A stretch of DNA of 58,746 nt from a virus (lineage: Duplodnaviria > Caudoviricetes), in IMG/VR virus record IMGVR_UViG_3300005805_000101, positions 1 to 58,746 of that record; one strand, written 5' to 3'. The translations under genes and the position numbers were made by a program. A model generated the notes under the pieces. The model had not been told where the DNA came from and searched no databases. It saw nothing but the letters and a program-made list of their open reading frames with translations. Positions 26,163 through 35,812 of this stretch are shown piece by piece; the stretch's first letter is position 1; each line of letters starts with the position of its first letter.

Positions 26163-27548
26163 GTGCCACGTTTATCACTTTGGAAAGAAGGACGCCATAC
26201 TAACGATTACAAGTTTATAGATCGCCGCATGAGCGAAATGTTTACTATAGGCGGCACTGGTATATTAATTCACAAGTATCTTGGTACCAATGAACAAAAC
26301 TTAACAAAAACAACGAGCACTACACAAACAAATGTATCATCTGCATTAGGAATTTCTACCACAGCTGATATTGCTCTAGGAATGTTTGTAACCGGCAATT
26401 CAATATCTGCTGGTACTAAAGTTGTAGCAAAAACTGCTAATACAGTTACTTTAAGTTCAAACACCACAAGTATAATCTCATCAAATACAACAATTAAATT
26501 TTATAAAGACGCGGCCGAACCTAGTTATATAAACCAAAGTGCTCAAAATATTCAAGATTTATTTTTCTTAGAGAACAGAGATAGAAAATACGATACTAGT
26601 GTATATTCATTACGAGGAATTTATCAAACTCAAGACGTAACATTTGATCTTAGTCAATTTGGCATGTTTTTACAAACTGGTACTTTGTTTATCGTTTTTC
26701 ATATCAATGATATGATAGCAACACTAGGAAGAAAGTTAATGGCGGGTGATGTCATTGAACTTATGCATTTAAAAGATTACAATCCGTTAGACGAAACCTT
26801 ACCAGTAGCCTTAAAAAGATATTATGTTATAAGTGACTGTAATAATGCGTCAGAAGGCTTTAGTCCAACCTGGTGGCCTCATTTATGGCGTTGTAAAATC
26901 AACCCGCTAACAGATAGTCAAGAATACAAAGATATTCTTAATCAAATTAAACTCGACGAAGAAATATTGGGTACGGGTACAGGCAACATAACCTTGGGGT
27001 CTGTAAGTAGTATAATTCAAAAATATCAAGATATCAATGATGCTATAATACGAGAAGCGGAAACCAATGTTCCCTATTCCGGCTATGACACCAGTTATCT
27101 TTATGTTAAGCCTACCACCAATGACAATCTTTATCCAACTTCGCCAATTGGTGCCAATGCCGATGGTAATCTTACCGTCGATGGTAATACGGTAACTGCC
27201 GGATCCGGTATTGATAGTCCTGCAGAACCAATTAAAGGGTATCTAACCTCCGCTGGTGGCACGATAAATGGTCTACCTGTAGCAGTTGGTATTTCCTTTC
27301 CTGCTAGTCCATTAATTGGCGATCTGTGCTTACGTACCGATTATACTCCAGATAGATTATTTCGTTATGACGGTCGACGTTGGGTCAAAATGGAAGATAA
27401 CGTAAGAACAAGCCTTACACCGGGGGCAGACAACAATACATTAAGAAGTAATTTTGTAAACGACACTGATTCGTTTACAAACAACAGTGGCAATGTAACA
27501 GTAAGACAAAGTTTGAGTCAAGCTTTAAGACCGCAAACGGATAACTAA
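26163..27548 (+). CDS. gp14: Neck/head-closure protein (T4 gp14-like) with insertions
   Basis: GTG start with AAGGA SD and TAAATA (26135-26140); IQDLFFLENRDRKYD, FDLSQFG.FL, GDVIEL.HL; directly precedes a gp15-like gene. Confidence 0.7.
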   Translation: MPRLSLWKEGRHTNDYKFIDRRMSEMFTIGGTGILIHKYLGTNEQNLTKTTSTTQTNVSSALGISTTADIALGMFVTGNSISAGTKVVAKTANTVTLSSNTTSIISSNTTIKFYKDAAEPSYINQSAQNIQDLFFLENRDRKYDTSVYSLRGIYQTQDVTFDLSQFGMFLQTGTLFIVFHINDMIATLGRKLMAGDVIELMHLKDYNPLDETLPVALKRYYVISDCNNASEGFSPTWWPHLWRCKINPLTDSQEYKDILNQIKLDEEILGTGTGNITLGSVSSIIQKYQDINDAIIREAETNVPYSGYDTSYLYVKPTTNDNLYPTSPIGANADGNLTVDGNTVTAGSGIDSPAEPIKGYLTSAGGTINGLPVAVGISFPASPLIGDLCLRTDYTPDRLFRYDGRRWVKMEDNVRTSLTPGADNNTLRSNFVNDTDSFTNNSGNVTVRQSLSQALRPQTDN

Positions 27549-28888
27549 TGGCACAACAATTTTTTTACGACGGACAACTAAGAAGATTTCTACTTCAATT
27601 TATAAGAGCTGTAAGTAATTTTGAAGTCGAATTTGGTAAAGATCGCGATGGTACAAGAACGTTGCAACGAGTTCCTGTATATTATGGAGATGCTAGTCGA
27701 CAGGCTCAGACTATCTTGCGGGGAAATAGCGAAAATATCATGAACGCTGTACCTGCAATGAGTGCTTATATAAGTGGACTAGCTTACGATCAAGTTAGAA
27801 TGCAAGAGCCAAGTTTTGTAAGCAAAATGAATTTGCGTGAGCGTAGGTATGATCCAGAAACAGGTTTATATGATACCCAGCAAGGTGATTCGTATACTGT
27901 AGAACGATTAATGCCTGTTCCTTATAAATTGACTATAAAATTAGATATATGGACCAGTAATACAGAACAAAAAATGCAAGTCATTGAACAAATAGCCACG
28001 CTATTTAATCCAAGCTTGGAAATTCAAAGTACAGATAATTACATTGATTGGACCAGTCTAACATATGTACAATTAAATGATGTTCAATGGACGTCAAGAT
28101 CTGTTCCGACCGGTGCCGAAGAGCCAATTGACGTTGCTACAATGACATTTGAGATGCCAATTTGGATTAGTTCGCCGGCAAAAGTTAAAAAACTTGGTGT
28201 TATACAAAAAATTATTGCTTCTGTATATGATGAAGAAGGCGCCTTAAACGAGGATCTCATCATGAGTAATTTGATAACTAAAGTTAAATATACACCAATG
28301 AACTATGGTATATACTATTCAGGAAATCAACTAAAATTACTAAAACCTCATGAGATCGCATTAGATGCTGGTAATTTAATTAAAACTAATCCGGTTGATT
28401 CGTGGCAGGCATTAATTGAGGTATACGGAACATTGCGAGTTGGACAAACTGAAATAAGATTAGAATTACCAACAGGTAATGAACTAATTGGTCATATAAC
28501 ATATCACCCTACAGATAATACAATATTATTGTTTACCCCTATCGAAGACACTATGCCAGTTAATACATTACCAGCGGTAGATGCAATTATTAATCCTCGA
28601 AAAGTTACTGTTGACAATAGTTTGCTTAATCCCGCCGAAGGAACTAGATATTTAATCACTGATAATATCGGCGAAGATAACTTGTGGGGAAATTTAATTG
28701 CCAATGCCAATGATATTATAGAATTTAATGGCGGTTCGTGGTCCGTTTCATGGGATAGTCAAACTCATGAAACTCTAGAATATGTAACAAACACCAATAC
28801 CGGCGTACAGTATCGTTGGGCAGGTTCTGAGTGGGTGAAGAGTGTGGAAGGTGTTTATCGAGGTGGCAATTGGTCAATAGCAATATAG
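27548..28888 (+). CDS. gp15: Tail terminator / sheath stabiliser (T4 gp15-like) with C-terminal extension
   Basis: FFYD.Q.RRF, VPV.YG, MPVPY.L...LDIW..N..QK.Q..EQI..LFNP. Confidence 0.82.
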   Translation: MAQQFFYDGQLRRFLLQFIRAVSNFEVEFGKDRDGTRTLQRVPVYYGDASRQAQTILRGNSENIMNAVPAMSAYISGLAYDQVRMQEPSFVSKMNLRERRYDPETGLYDTQQGDSYTVERLMPVPYKLTIKLDIWTSNTEQKMQVIEQIATLFNPSLEIQSTDNYIDWTSLTYVQLNDVQWTSRSVPTGAEEPIDVATMTFEMPIWISSPAKVKKLGVIQKIIASVYDEEGALNEDLIMSNLITKVKYTPMNYGIYYSGNQLKLLKPHEIALDAGNLIKTNPVDSWQALIEVYGTLRVGQTEIRLELPTGNELIGHITYHPTDNTILLFTPIEDTMPVNTLPAVDAIINPRKVTVDNSLLNPAEGTRYLITDNIGEDNLWGNLIANANDIIEFNGGSWSVSWDSQTHETLEYVTNTNTGVQYRWAGSEWVKSVEGVYRGGNWSIAI

Positions 28889-29316
28889 GGTGTGGCGCTT
28901 TAATTTACAGTCAAACTACGCAAAGATATCTTTTCTTATTAAGAAATCAAAAAAAGCATGCGGGGTCATGGGGCCTAGTAGGCGGCGGAGTTGAACCAGG
29001 AGAAACTCCAATAGAAGCTTTACGAAGAGAAATCGCTGAGGAAATTGGCGCCATTACAGTGCAAAAAATAGTTCCATTGGAAAAATTCACAGCAGAAAAT
29101 AAAAATTTTGAATATCATACATACATGATAACTGTCGTTGATGAATTTATACCAGTGTTAAATGACGAGCATAGAGGGTATGCATGGACAGCATTAAATG
29201 ATCATCCCAAACCTTTACATCCAGGTGTTTGGAGAACCTTTAGTTTTAAAAGTATAATTAATAAAATTAAAACTTTTGAAAATGTTATACACCAACTTCA
29301 AGAACAAACTGTCTGA
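28870..29316 (+). CDS. NUDIX hydrolase
   Basis: Nudix box GGGVEPGETPIEALRREIAEEIG; likely TTG start at 28870 after GAGGTGG. Confidence 0.9.
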   Translation: MVNSNIGCGALIYSQTTQRYLFLLRNQKKHAGSWGLVGGGVEPGETPIEALRREIAEEIGAITVQKIVPLEKFTAENKNFEYHTYMITVVDEFIPVLNDEHRGYAWTALNDHPKPLHPGVWRTFSFKSIINKIKTFENVIHQLQEQTV

Positions 29317-30049
29317 AATCTATCTGTTTGTAATTTAAATTGTATTTCCAAGATTCAGGTTGTCTAAATCTTTTGCTTGGACATACTCTAACAAATTCAG
29401 TATCAGTGTAAACATTCATGACTTCATTTAAACTTCTTACCCAGAATTCTTCATTGATTGGATAGTTGCTTGGAGGATAATTTGGTGTTCCTGCAAATAA
29501 ATTGTAGTTGTCGTCGGTGTTATCAATGCCATCAAAACCCAACATATAAACACGTTGATGGCCATCAAATGCAGCCATATACGCAGCAATAGCCCCGGCA
29601 TTGTATTCAGGATTTTGTGGTATAATATTAAATTTATTTGGGTAAATTTCTAAATATTTGTTGTTAGCATACACTATGCCTTCGTCGCAATATGATTGTT
29701 GTGCCAACTCATTTATAAAATCTTTGCCGGTAGCAACAATAAAGTCTGGTTTAAAATTTCTATAAATTGCATTGCACCCGTAAGTAGAAAAATTTCTTAA
29801 CTGTCTTTTGTAAATCCAAGGACCTGTTTCGCCCCAAGCAGTAATTTCTCTATATGGTAAAATTTGTGTAAGATCAAAATCATTGCAAGTAATACCATTA
29901 CCTATAACTACAGCATGATTAGATAAATTATTGAATTGTAGTAATTGAATTTCTTCTTTTTGGTAGTTCCACTCGTCATTGATATACAAACCGACAATAT
30001 TTACATCTTCTACTGTAAAACTTTTTCTATATAATTTTTTTAATGACAT
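29285..30049 (-). CDS. Maf/DUF115-like (glycosyltransferase-like fold) protein
   Basis: AVVIGNG, YGCNAIYR..PDFIVA, AGAIAAY.AAFDG...VYMLGFDG pattern; family assignment is tentative. Confidence 0.5.
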   Translation of the reverse strand: MSLKKLYRKSFTVEDVNIVGLYINDEWNYQKEEIQLLQFNNLSNHAVVIGNGITCNDFDLTQILPYREITAWGETGPWIYKRQLRNFSTYGCNAIYRNFKPDFIVATGKDFINELAQQSYCDEGIVYANNKYLEIYPNKFNIIPQNPEYNAGAIAAYMAAFDGHQRVYMLGFDGIDNTDDNYNLFAGTPNYPPSNYPINEEFWVRSLNEVMNVYTDTEFVRVCPSKRFRQPESWKYNLNYKQIDFRQFVLEVGV

Positions 30050-31644
30050 TAAAATCTCCCAACAACAATTTCAATTGTTTGTATACTATTGTCTAACACA
30101 TTTTCTAAACTTTTACCTAAAATACAACCCGGTTTGAACATACTGCTGTTTAATGCTTCTGCTACTCCGGGAATATCACTTGTCACTAATACGGTACCTT
30201 TAGTAACAGGACCGCGAACTTGGCACGGAACTCTGCCTGTAAACGCAACTGGTAAACCTGCAGTTCCGGCATTCATTAAATATCCAGGATTAGTAGAAAT
30301 AACACCTGCTACTCTAGTATCGTGTGAAATTGAGGTTGTTGTTATTTCTTTGTCGCCACCAAATATTACTACAGTTCCTGGAGCATAAGCTAGGTCTGCG
30401 ACATAGTTTTCCGCTAAGTCAGCATACTTAGCTTGAGTCGATACACCATAAAAAGTATTGAACCAAGCAGTAGGGGAACCTAAGTTATAGGTCAAATTTG
30501 CATTAGGAACAATATTACCAAAAACGGTTACGTTTCCTGACTCTGACAGATAAAAAATTTCCGAAGTTGTGTTTATGGCTGTGTTGGCCCAGTCATAAAA
30601 TGCAAATCCGCCCGTGCTTCCGCCATTTTTATTTTGAACAAAAGCCATTTCGCCGCGGCCGGCACTTCTGTTCCAACCAATGATACCTGTTCCGGATGCT
30701 GTTGTGCTTCTTCCAAATCTTGATGCAATATTGGTTTGAGCTGAATCAAGGTTCAGTGTATTAATTGAAATTGCACCTGTATGTACCGCACTTGCCGATG
30801 GCACTCCAACAAAAAGATTTCCTGCTATTCCTACTCCACCACTTACTACAAGAGCACCAGTAGTCGATGATGTTGAGGTGGTTGTTGCCAATACAACCAA
30901 GTTGCTATTTGTATTGGTACCTATTTTGGTATTAGCATATGTATTAAAAGAACCTACATTGGCATTAATGATATCAATTGAACCTGATTGTGCTGCTGCA
31001 TTAGATATTAATGTTGTAAGGCTCGATTCCTGGGTAGCAGCATTAGCCAATAATGTCGTGAGATCATTTGCCTGGCTTGCTGCGTTAGCGACCAGGCTTG
31101 CTAATTCAGATTGCTGTGTGATTGCATTACCAGATAATACATTAAGCAAATTAGCTTGACTAGCAATATTACTTTGAATTGAAATAATGTTAAGGTTAGC
31201 GGCAGTAATATTACTACGTAAATTACCAATCTCAAGATTAGCCGCAGTAATGTTAGCAGACATACCCGATAGGTCTGATATTCCGGTATTTTCTGACAGT
31301 GTTATATTACCAACTATTATGTTGCCAGATGTAGTAATACTAGGTACACTTATTCCGCCGGTTCCGTCGGCCGAAATGGTACTAGTACCTAAGTTAATAG
31401 TATTACCGCTTAACCACAACTCACGCCAACGATATGCAGAACTGCCCAGGTCATAAGTTACATTAGCACTAGGAATTACATTACTACTAAATGCCGTAGA
31501 CACGGTTAAATTAGAAACCGTTAAATTATTAACAGAAACATTTGTAGATACTATTTGCCAGGCATACCCGTTATATACCCAAGTTCGGTTACCTGCTGTA
31601 TAAGTTTGGTTAAGTGTAGGAGTATTAGGAAAATCTATAGGCAT
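30049..31644 (-). CDS. Fibre-like virion protein with coiled coil and C-terminal intramolecular-chaperone (peptidase G2/IMC-like) domain
   Basis: N-terminal FPNTPT..TY....W.YNG.AW module; 14-aa NAAxQ heptad repeats; C-terminal YADLAENY...VAGVISTNP..LMN...GRVPC...GK.LE...IEIVVGR. Confidence 0.7.
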   Translation of the reverse strand: MPIDFPNTPTLNQTYTAGNRTWVYNGYAWQIVSTNVSVNNLTVSNLTVSTAFSSNVIPSANVTYDLGSSAYRWRELWLSGNTINLGTSTISADGTGGISVPSITTSGNIIVGNITLSENTGISDLSGMSANITAANLEIGNLRSNITAANLNIISIQSNIASQANLLNVLSGNAITQQSELASLVANAASQANDLTTLLANAATQESSLTTLISNAAAQSGSIDIINANVGSFNTYANTKIGTNTNSNLVVLATTTSTSSTTGALVVSGGVGIAGNLFVGVPSASAVHTGAISINTLNLDSAQTNIASRFGRSTTASGTGIIGWNRSAGRGEMAFVQNKNGGSTGGFAFYDWANTAINTTSEIFYLSESGNVTVFGNIVPNANLTYNLGSPTAWFNTFYGVSTQAKYADLAENYVADLAYAPGTVVIFGGDKEITTTSISHDTRVAGVISTNPGYLMNAGTAGLPVAFTGRVPCQVRGPVTKGTVLVTSDIPGVAEALNSSMFKPGCILGKSLENVLDNSIQTIEIVVGRF

Positions 31645-31692
31645 AAGTCTATTTATTAAAAAGAACGCTCTTGATTCAAGCGGTTGGAGACT

Positions 31693-32799
31693 TTATTCTG
31701 CGATTTTAGCTACTTTTTCCTGGTAAAACGCTATATTATTTTGTAATCTAATATCAGTTGGATTTAACTTTAGAGCTTCTTTTCCGTACTCTAATGCCTG
31801 AGGAAATAAATTTAAGTAATATGACGCCAACGCCACTAAATCATATGGTTCCCAAGACCAACAACTACTATCATACATGTAAGTTGTTGTTTGATGATTA
31901 ATAGATAAACACTTAGTTCCGGCATAATAACAAGCATGCCAATCTTTATTAGTATAAGCTGCCCTGGCAAGCTCTAGCCAAGATTCTCGTGCTAAATCAA
32001 ATTCTAATGTCGCCATCATGGCAGCACGTTGGCTATCAACCGTTTGTCCTAAAAATCTATGGCATCTTGAAATGAATCTCCAGCTGGCACAACGTTCTTC
32101 GTTCCACCAAGCACTAGGTAATGCAAGGTGCCTTTTTAATTCTGTAATAGCTTCTTCGTAACGGGCATGATACATTAATTCTCTACCATAATAGTGAGCC
32201 ATTCTATCATTTGCAGGATCTTCCTTTACTGCTAATTCTAATAATGAATTATACTGTGCTCTGCTCTTGGATGGGTCTGCTCTATGATGTAATATCACAT
32301 CCGATAGTACTGCTCTTTTTTCTTCTCCTTCGCCCTCGTAGTATAAAGTTTCATGGCAAGGATGGCGCCACCTATATCCTTTTCTATGATGAATTTTGTC
32401 TGCATAAAATCTTACATCTGGTTCACCGTTCTCTTGCCAGTTCCAAATATAGTCGTAACTAATTCTATTAATGGTGCCGTTGCTTTCTTGCCAAGCACGA
32501 TTGATTGCAGCGGCCCAGCCGGGTTGTAAATATTCATCTAAATCGATGCTTAGACAAATGTCAATATCATCAGGAATTAAACTAAGAGCAGTATTTCTCG
32601 GAATATCAAATCTCCACGGGCGTTGAGTTATTGAATGTACTGTAACTCCTAACTCTTGTAAGCGTTCAACTGTGCCGTCTGTAGATCCAGTGTCACAAAC
32701 TAAAATTAAATCTGCTTCTCTGCTGTGTTTTACAAATTCATCCACATGCTTAATTTCGTTTAGTGCAATGGTATAAACGCAGGTTTTAACTTTCTTCAT
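31693..32799 (-). CDS. Family 2 glycosyltransferase with TPR repeats
   Basis: YTIALNE, VCDTGSTDGT, WRFDIPRNTAL, SIDLDE (DxD), W..PCHE; helical TPR-like C-half. Confidence 0.88.
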   Translation of the reverse strand: MKKVKTCVYTIALNEIKHVDEFVKHSREADLILVCDTGSTDGTVERLQELGVTVHSITQRPWRFDIPRNTALSLIPDDIDICLSIDLDEYLQPGWAAAINRAWQESNGTINRISYDYIWNWQENGEPDVRFYADKIHHRKGYRWRHPCHETLYYEGEGEEKRAVLSDVILHHRADPSKSRAQYNSLLELAVKEDPANDRMAHYYGRELMYHARYEEAITELKRHLALPSAWWNEERCASWRFISRCHRFLGQTVDSQRAAMMATLEFDLARESWLELARAAYTNKDWHACYYAGTKCLSINHQTTTYMYDSSCWSWEPYDLVALASYYLNLFPQALEYGKEALKLNPTDIRLQNNIAFYQEKVAKIAE

Positions 32800-35140
32800 A
32801 AAATTTTAAATTATTGTGTAATCGCTCATCATTGGGACATAATTCTATAGCCTTCAATCCATATTCTACTGATTTATTTTTTAATCCAAGATGATATGCT
32901 GATAGTGCTGCATAATCATAGATATAATAATCCCACGCACGATGATCATATGTAAATCCGTCTCTTTTCTGTGTACACTGAATACATTTTTTAGCATACA
33001 CATAACAGCTATCCCAATCTTTATTTTGATAATAATATTCCGCAAAACTGAAAAGTGTTTCTCTTTCTTTACTGTTTTTTAGCCCGGTTTCAAACCAATA
33101 TTCCGCTTCAGCACGGTTACCAATGTATGTGTAATTAATTGCAATATTTTTTGCTATATAACTTTTAATAACATCCCCATCATTGCATGCATTGTAACTT
33201 TTTATTCTTTGCTCTATGGCTTGATCAATTTGATTTAGCTGTTGATATTCGTTGGCTAGAAAATAATGTGTTCGCCAATTGTTGTCGCCTTCCTGTATTT
33301 TCTTTTTTAATAAATCAAAATATCCAGTCCTGTCTTTTCCGACATCCTGGTGCTCATCTAAGTATAATTCGTGAATCCAAATTTGTTTTTCGTCAACAGT
33401 CCATTTAAGCGTTTCGTGTACTGCACCTGTCCAATAGCAGTTGTGTCTAGCATGTATTTTAGAATGCCACTGCCACGGTTTATCATTATTTCTATATCTA
33501 TGATTAGCTATTGTAACATTTGGATGCCAATTTGTTTCTAGTTGTTCTCTCCATCCCGGAAGTAATTCTTCGTCTAGATCTTGCCAAATACAAATATCTA
33601 CATCTGCAGGCAATAAATTTAATGCAGTATTTCTGGCTGTATCAAATCTCCAGGGGATTACTCTAATAGGCATCACATCAACGTTTTCGTTTTTAAGAAA
33701 TTCAACAGTCTGATCTGTACTACCAGTATCGCACACCAATCTCAAGTCTGCTTCTTTATTACTATTGGCCCAAGTTTTTACAAAGTTTTCTTCGTTTTTA
33801 CAAATGGTGTAAATCGCAATTTTATATTTAAAATAAGATTTTACAAAGTCTTGGTCCATAGATAAAATATACACGCCTATTTCGTTGTCAACTGAGCTAT
33901 TAATAATATATTGTTTAAACTTCTCTTTAAATTCACTGTCATTCCAATCGTCTTTTACGTGCTCTTCATACGGATTGCCTTCCCATTCACCTTGAGGCAT
34001 ATGTACTATTGGTATGCTTACAATTAAACATCGACTGATACCAAGCAGTTGCTCAACTAATAAAATTGCTTCATCTTCGGTCATATGTTCAAGAACATCA
34101 CCAGCAAAAACAATATCTTGTTTTCCTAGAACACTGTAATCAACGGTTCTTGCGTCAGACTGAATCACTGATTGATATTTTTTGTTTAAGTCGTAACGCT
34201 GAATATAATCCTCCCACACTTCAATGGCTGTCCATGCTCCCGGAATAATGTTATTATATTTGTTCCAATATGTGCCTTCACCGGCACCGATATCTAAAAT
34301 TGTTTTAACTTGAATTTTATTGCTAATACGCACAACCTGTTCAGTTATCCACGATTTTCCACTATTACTACTTGTAGGCATGATTGTCCTTTGATAATAT
34401 TGTTTACATAGTCGCGCCAGCATACTGTCGCTGTTTTTTAGATAACTAAAATCTACTTTTGCCAATTGTGGTTGCCAAATTGTTTCCCATAAGTGTATGG
34501 TATAGGAGTCGGAGAGTAATTTGACTTTTGAATGATCGTTTTCTAATATCCAGGTATCCCTCCAACCAAATGGCATAAACGACTGCTTAGGTTCAAGGTG
34601 TACATTGTATTTTTTTCTCTTTAATAGTTCAACAGGCAAATTAACAGCATGATATGCCCAATGTTTATTGTCAAGATTACGCCCGGTTTCTTCTAACCAG
34701 TCATTGATAAAAGGATGTTGAGGTTCACATAGTATAACTGCGTTGGTAATACTTTCGGCGGTTTCTAAATTGTCAGTGCCGCTTTCAATTCCTAATACAC
34801 AGTTATGCGAAAGTAAATTTGAATATGATTTTAAGCTTATAATATCAATGTCTAAATAAATTCCGCCTAGTTCGTATAATTTTTGTAACCTAAGTATATC
34901 AGCTTTGTATTGATAACTTTCTAATTTTACTCCATTGAATTCTTCCGGGGGTATTACATGAACTAATTCGACTAAAGGAAGTATTTGATCCCACAGTGGG
35001 TTATTTTGAGGTTGCTTAGTATAGTATAGAAAAATTTTGTCAGGACAATGTACGTCGGCTGCACTTTTTATTGCTAGATAGTGTATGAATTCAAATTTAG
35101 TAAATCCAAAAAATATAAAATGTATTATATTAGGAATCAT
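32786..35140 (-). CDS. Fusion: DxD (GT32-like) glycosyltransferase + SAM methyltransferase + GT2 + TPR
   Basis: IPNIIHF...KADILRL..LYELGGIYLDID; ILDIGAGEG...GDVLEHM; YTICKNEE...CDTGSTD...RFDTARN...DLDE...GAVHE; TPR tail. Confidence 0.88.
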   Translation of the reverse strand: MIPNIIHFIFFGFTKFEFIHYLAIKSAADVHCPDKIFLYYTKQPQNNPLWDQILPLVELVHVIPPEEFNGVKLESYQYKADILRLQKLYELGGIYLDIDIISLKSYSNLLSHNCVLGIESGTDNLETAESITNAVILCEPQHPFINDWLEETGRNLDNKHWAYHAVNLPVELLKRKKYNVHLEPKQSFMPFGWRDTWILENDHSKVKLLSDSYTIHLWETIWQPQLAKVDFSYLKNSDSMLARLCKQYYQRTIMPTSSNSGKSWITEQVVRISNKIQVKTILDIGAGEGTYWNKYNNIIPGAWTAIEVWEDYIQRYDLNKKYQSVIQSDARTVDYSVLGKQDIVFAGDVLEHMTEDEAILLVEQLLGISRCLIVSIPIVHMPQGEWEGNPYEEHVKDDWNDSEFKEKFKQYIINSSVDNEIGVYILSMDQDFVKSYFKYKIAIYTICKNEENFVKTWANSNKEADLRLVCDTGSTDQTVEFLKNENVDVMPIRVIPWRFDTARNTALNLLPADVDICIWQDLDEELLPGWREQLETNWHPNVTIANHRYRNNDKPWQWHSKIHARHNCYWTGAVHETLKWTVDEKQIWIHELYLDEHQDVGKDRTGYFDLLKKKIQEGDNNWRTHYFLANEYQQLNQIDQAIEQRIKSYNACNDGDVIKSYIAKNIAINYTYIGNRAEAEYWFETGLKNSKERETLFSFAEYYYQNKDWDSCYVYAKKCIQCTQKRDGFTYDHRAWDYYIYDYAALSAYHLGLKNKSVEYGLKAIELCPNDERLHNNLKFYEES

Positions 35141-35760
35141 ACTTGATTAGCCCACCATAATGGTCGCCATGCCTGTTCTACTGTTACACGAGGGAAAGGG
35201 TTTATGTCTGATCTAATATAAAATGCATTAACTCCTTTACTTTCGCAATAGACTAAATCATATCCAAGAGATTCTGCTTGTTTTGTTAAACTTAAAAGAC
35301 TTGCCCCAAAGTTCTTATCCCATAAACGCCATTGATATGTATCATTTCTAGGCATGATGTATTCCTCATCGGGACCAAAACATCCATTGTACTCTTGTAC
35401 AATTACCCTAGGACGATACATGTTGATTGCTTCTCGTAAATGATAATCATTGCCATCAACATCTATACTAAGTAAATCAAATTCTGTTGGGATATTGGAT
35501 ACTTTGAATTCTATAGTTATAGTCAGCGGGGTCAACCAGGCTCTCCGAAATTGTACATTTGGTGGAATTTCAGCTAAATCGTAGGCATCAAACCACCAAC
35601 AGTCCCAGCCTTGCTCTGCCAGATATCGTGTATTTGATTCATTGCTATGTACTCCGAACTCCACTGCTAATCGATTTGTGAAGTTTATTTTATCGAATAT
35701 GTGCGAGATAACGCCGTCTTCGCCGTTTTGGCTATAAATTCTTTTTTCAAATTCAATCAT
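35137..35760 (-). CDS. FkbM-like SAM-dependent methyltransferase
   Basis: YSQNGEDGVI, VEFG, FDLLSIDVDGNDY, PRVIVQEYN, GASL.SL...A...GY.LV...GVNAFY. Confidence 0.8.
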   Translation of the reverse strand: MIEFEKRIYSQNGEDGVISHIFDKINFTNRLAVEFGVHSNESNTRYLAEQGWDCWWFDAYDLAEIPPNVQFRRAWLTPLTITIEFKVSNIPTEFDLLSIDVDGNDYHLREAINMYRPRVIVQEYNGCFGPDEEYIMPRNDTYQWRLWDKNFGASLLSLTKQAESLGYDLVYCESKGVNAFYIRSDINPFPRVTVEQAWRPLWWANQV

Positions 35761-35762
35761 AA

Positions 35763-35798
35763 TAAATTCTGTATAGTGTATATAGTATACAGAATTTA
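35763..35798. promoter_or_regulatory. 13-bp inverted repeat immediately upstream of the glyco-cassette
   Basis: TAAATTCTGTATA (35763-35775) / TATACAGAATTTA (35786-35798), ending 2 nt before the ATG at 35760. Confidence 0.6.
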
Positions 35799-35812
35799 CT
35801 AATAAAAAAACA

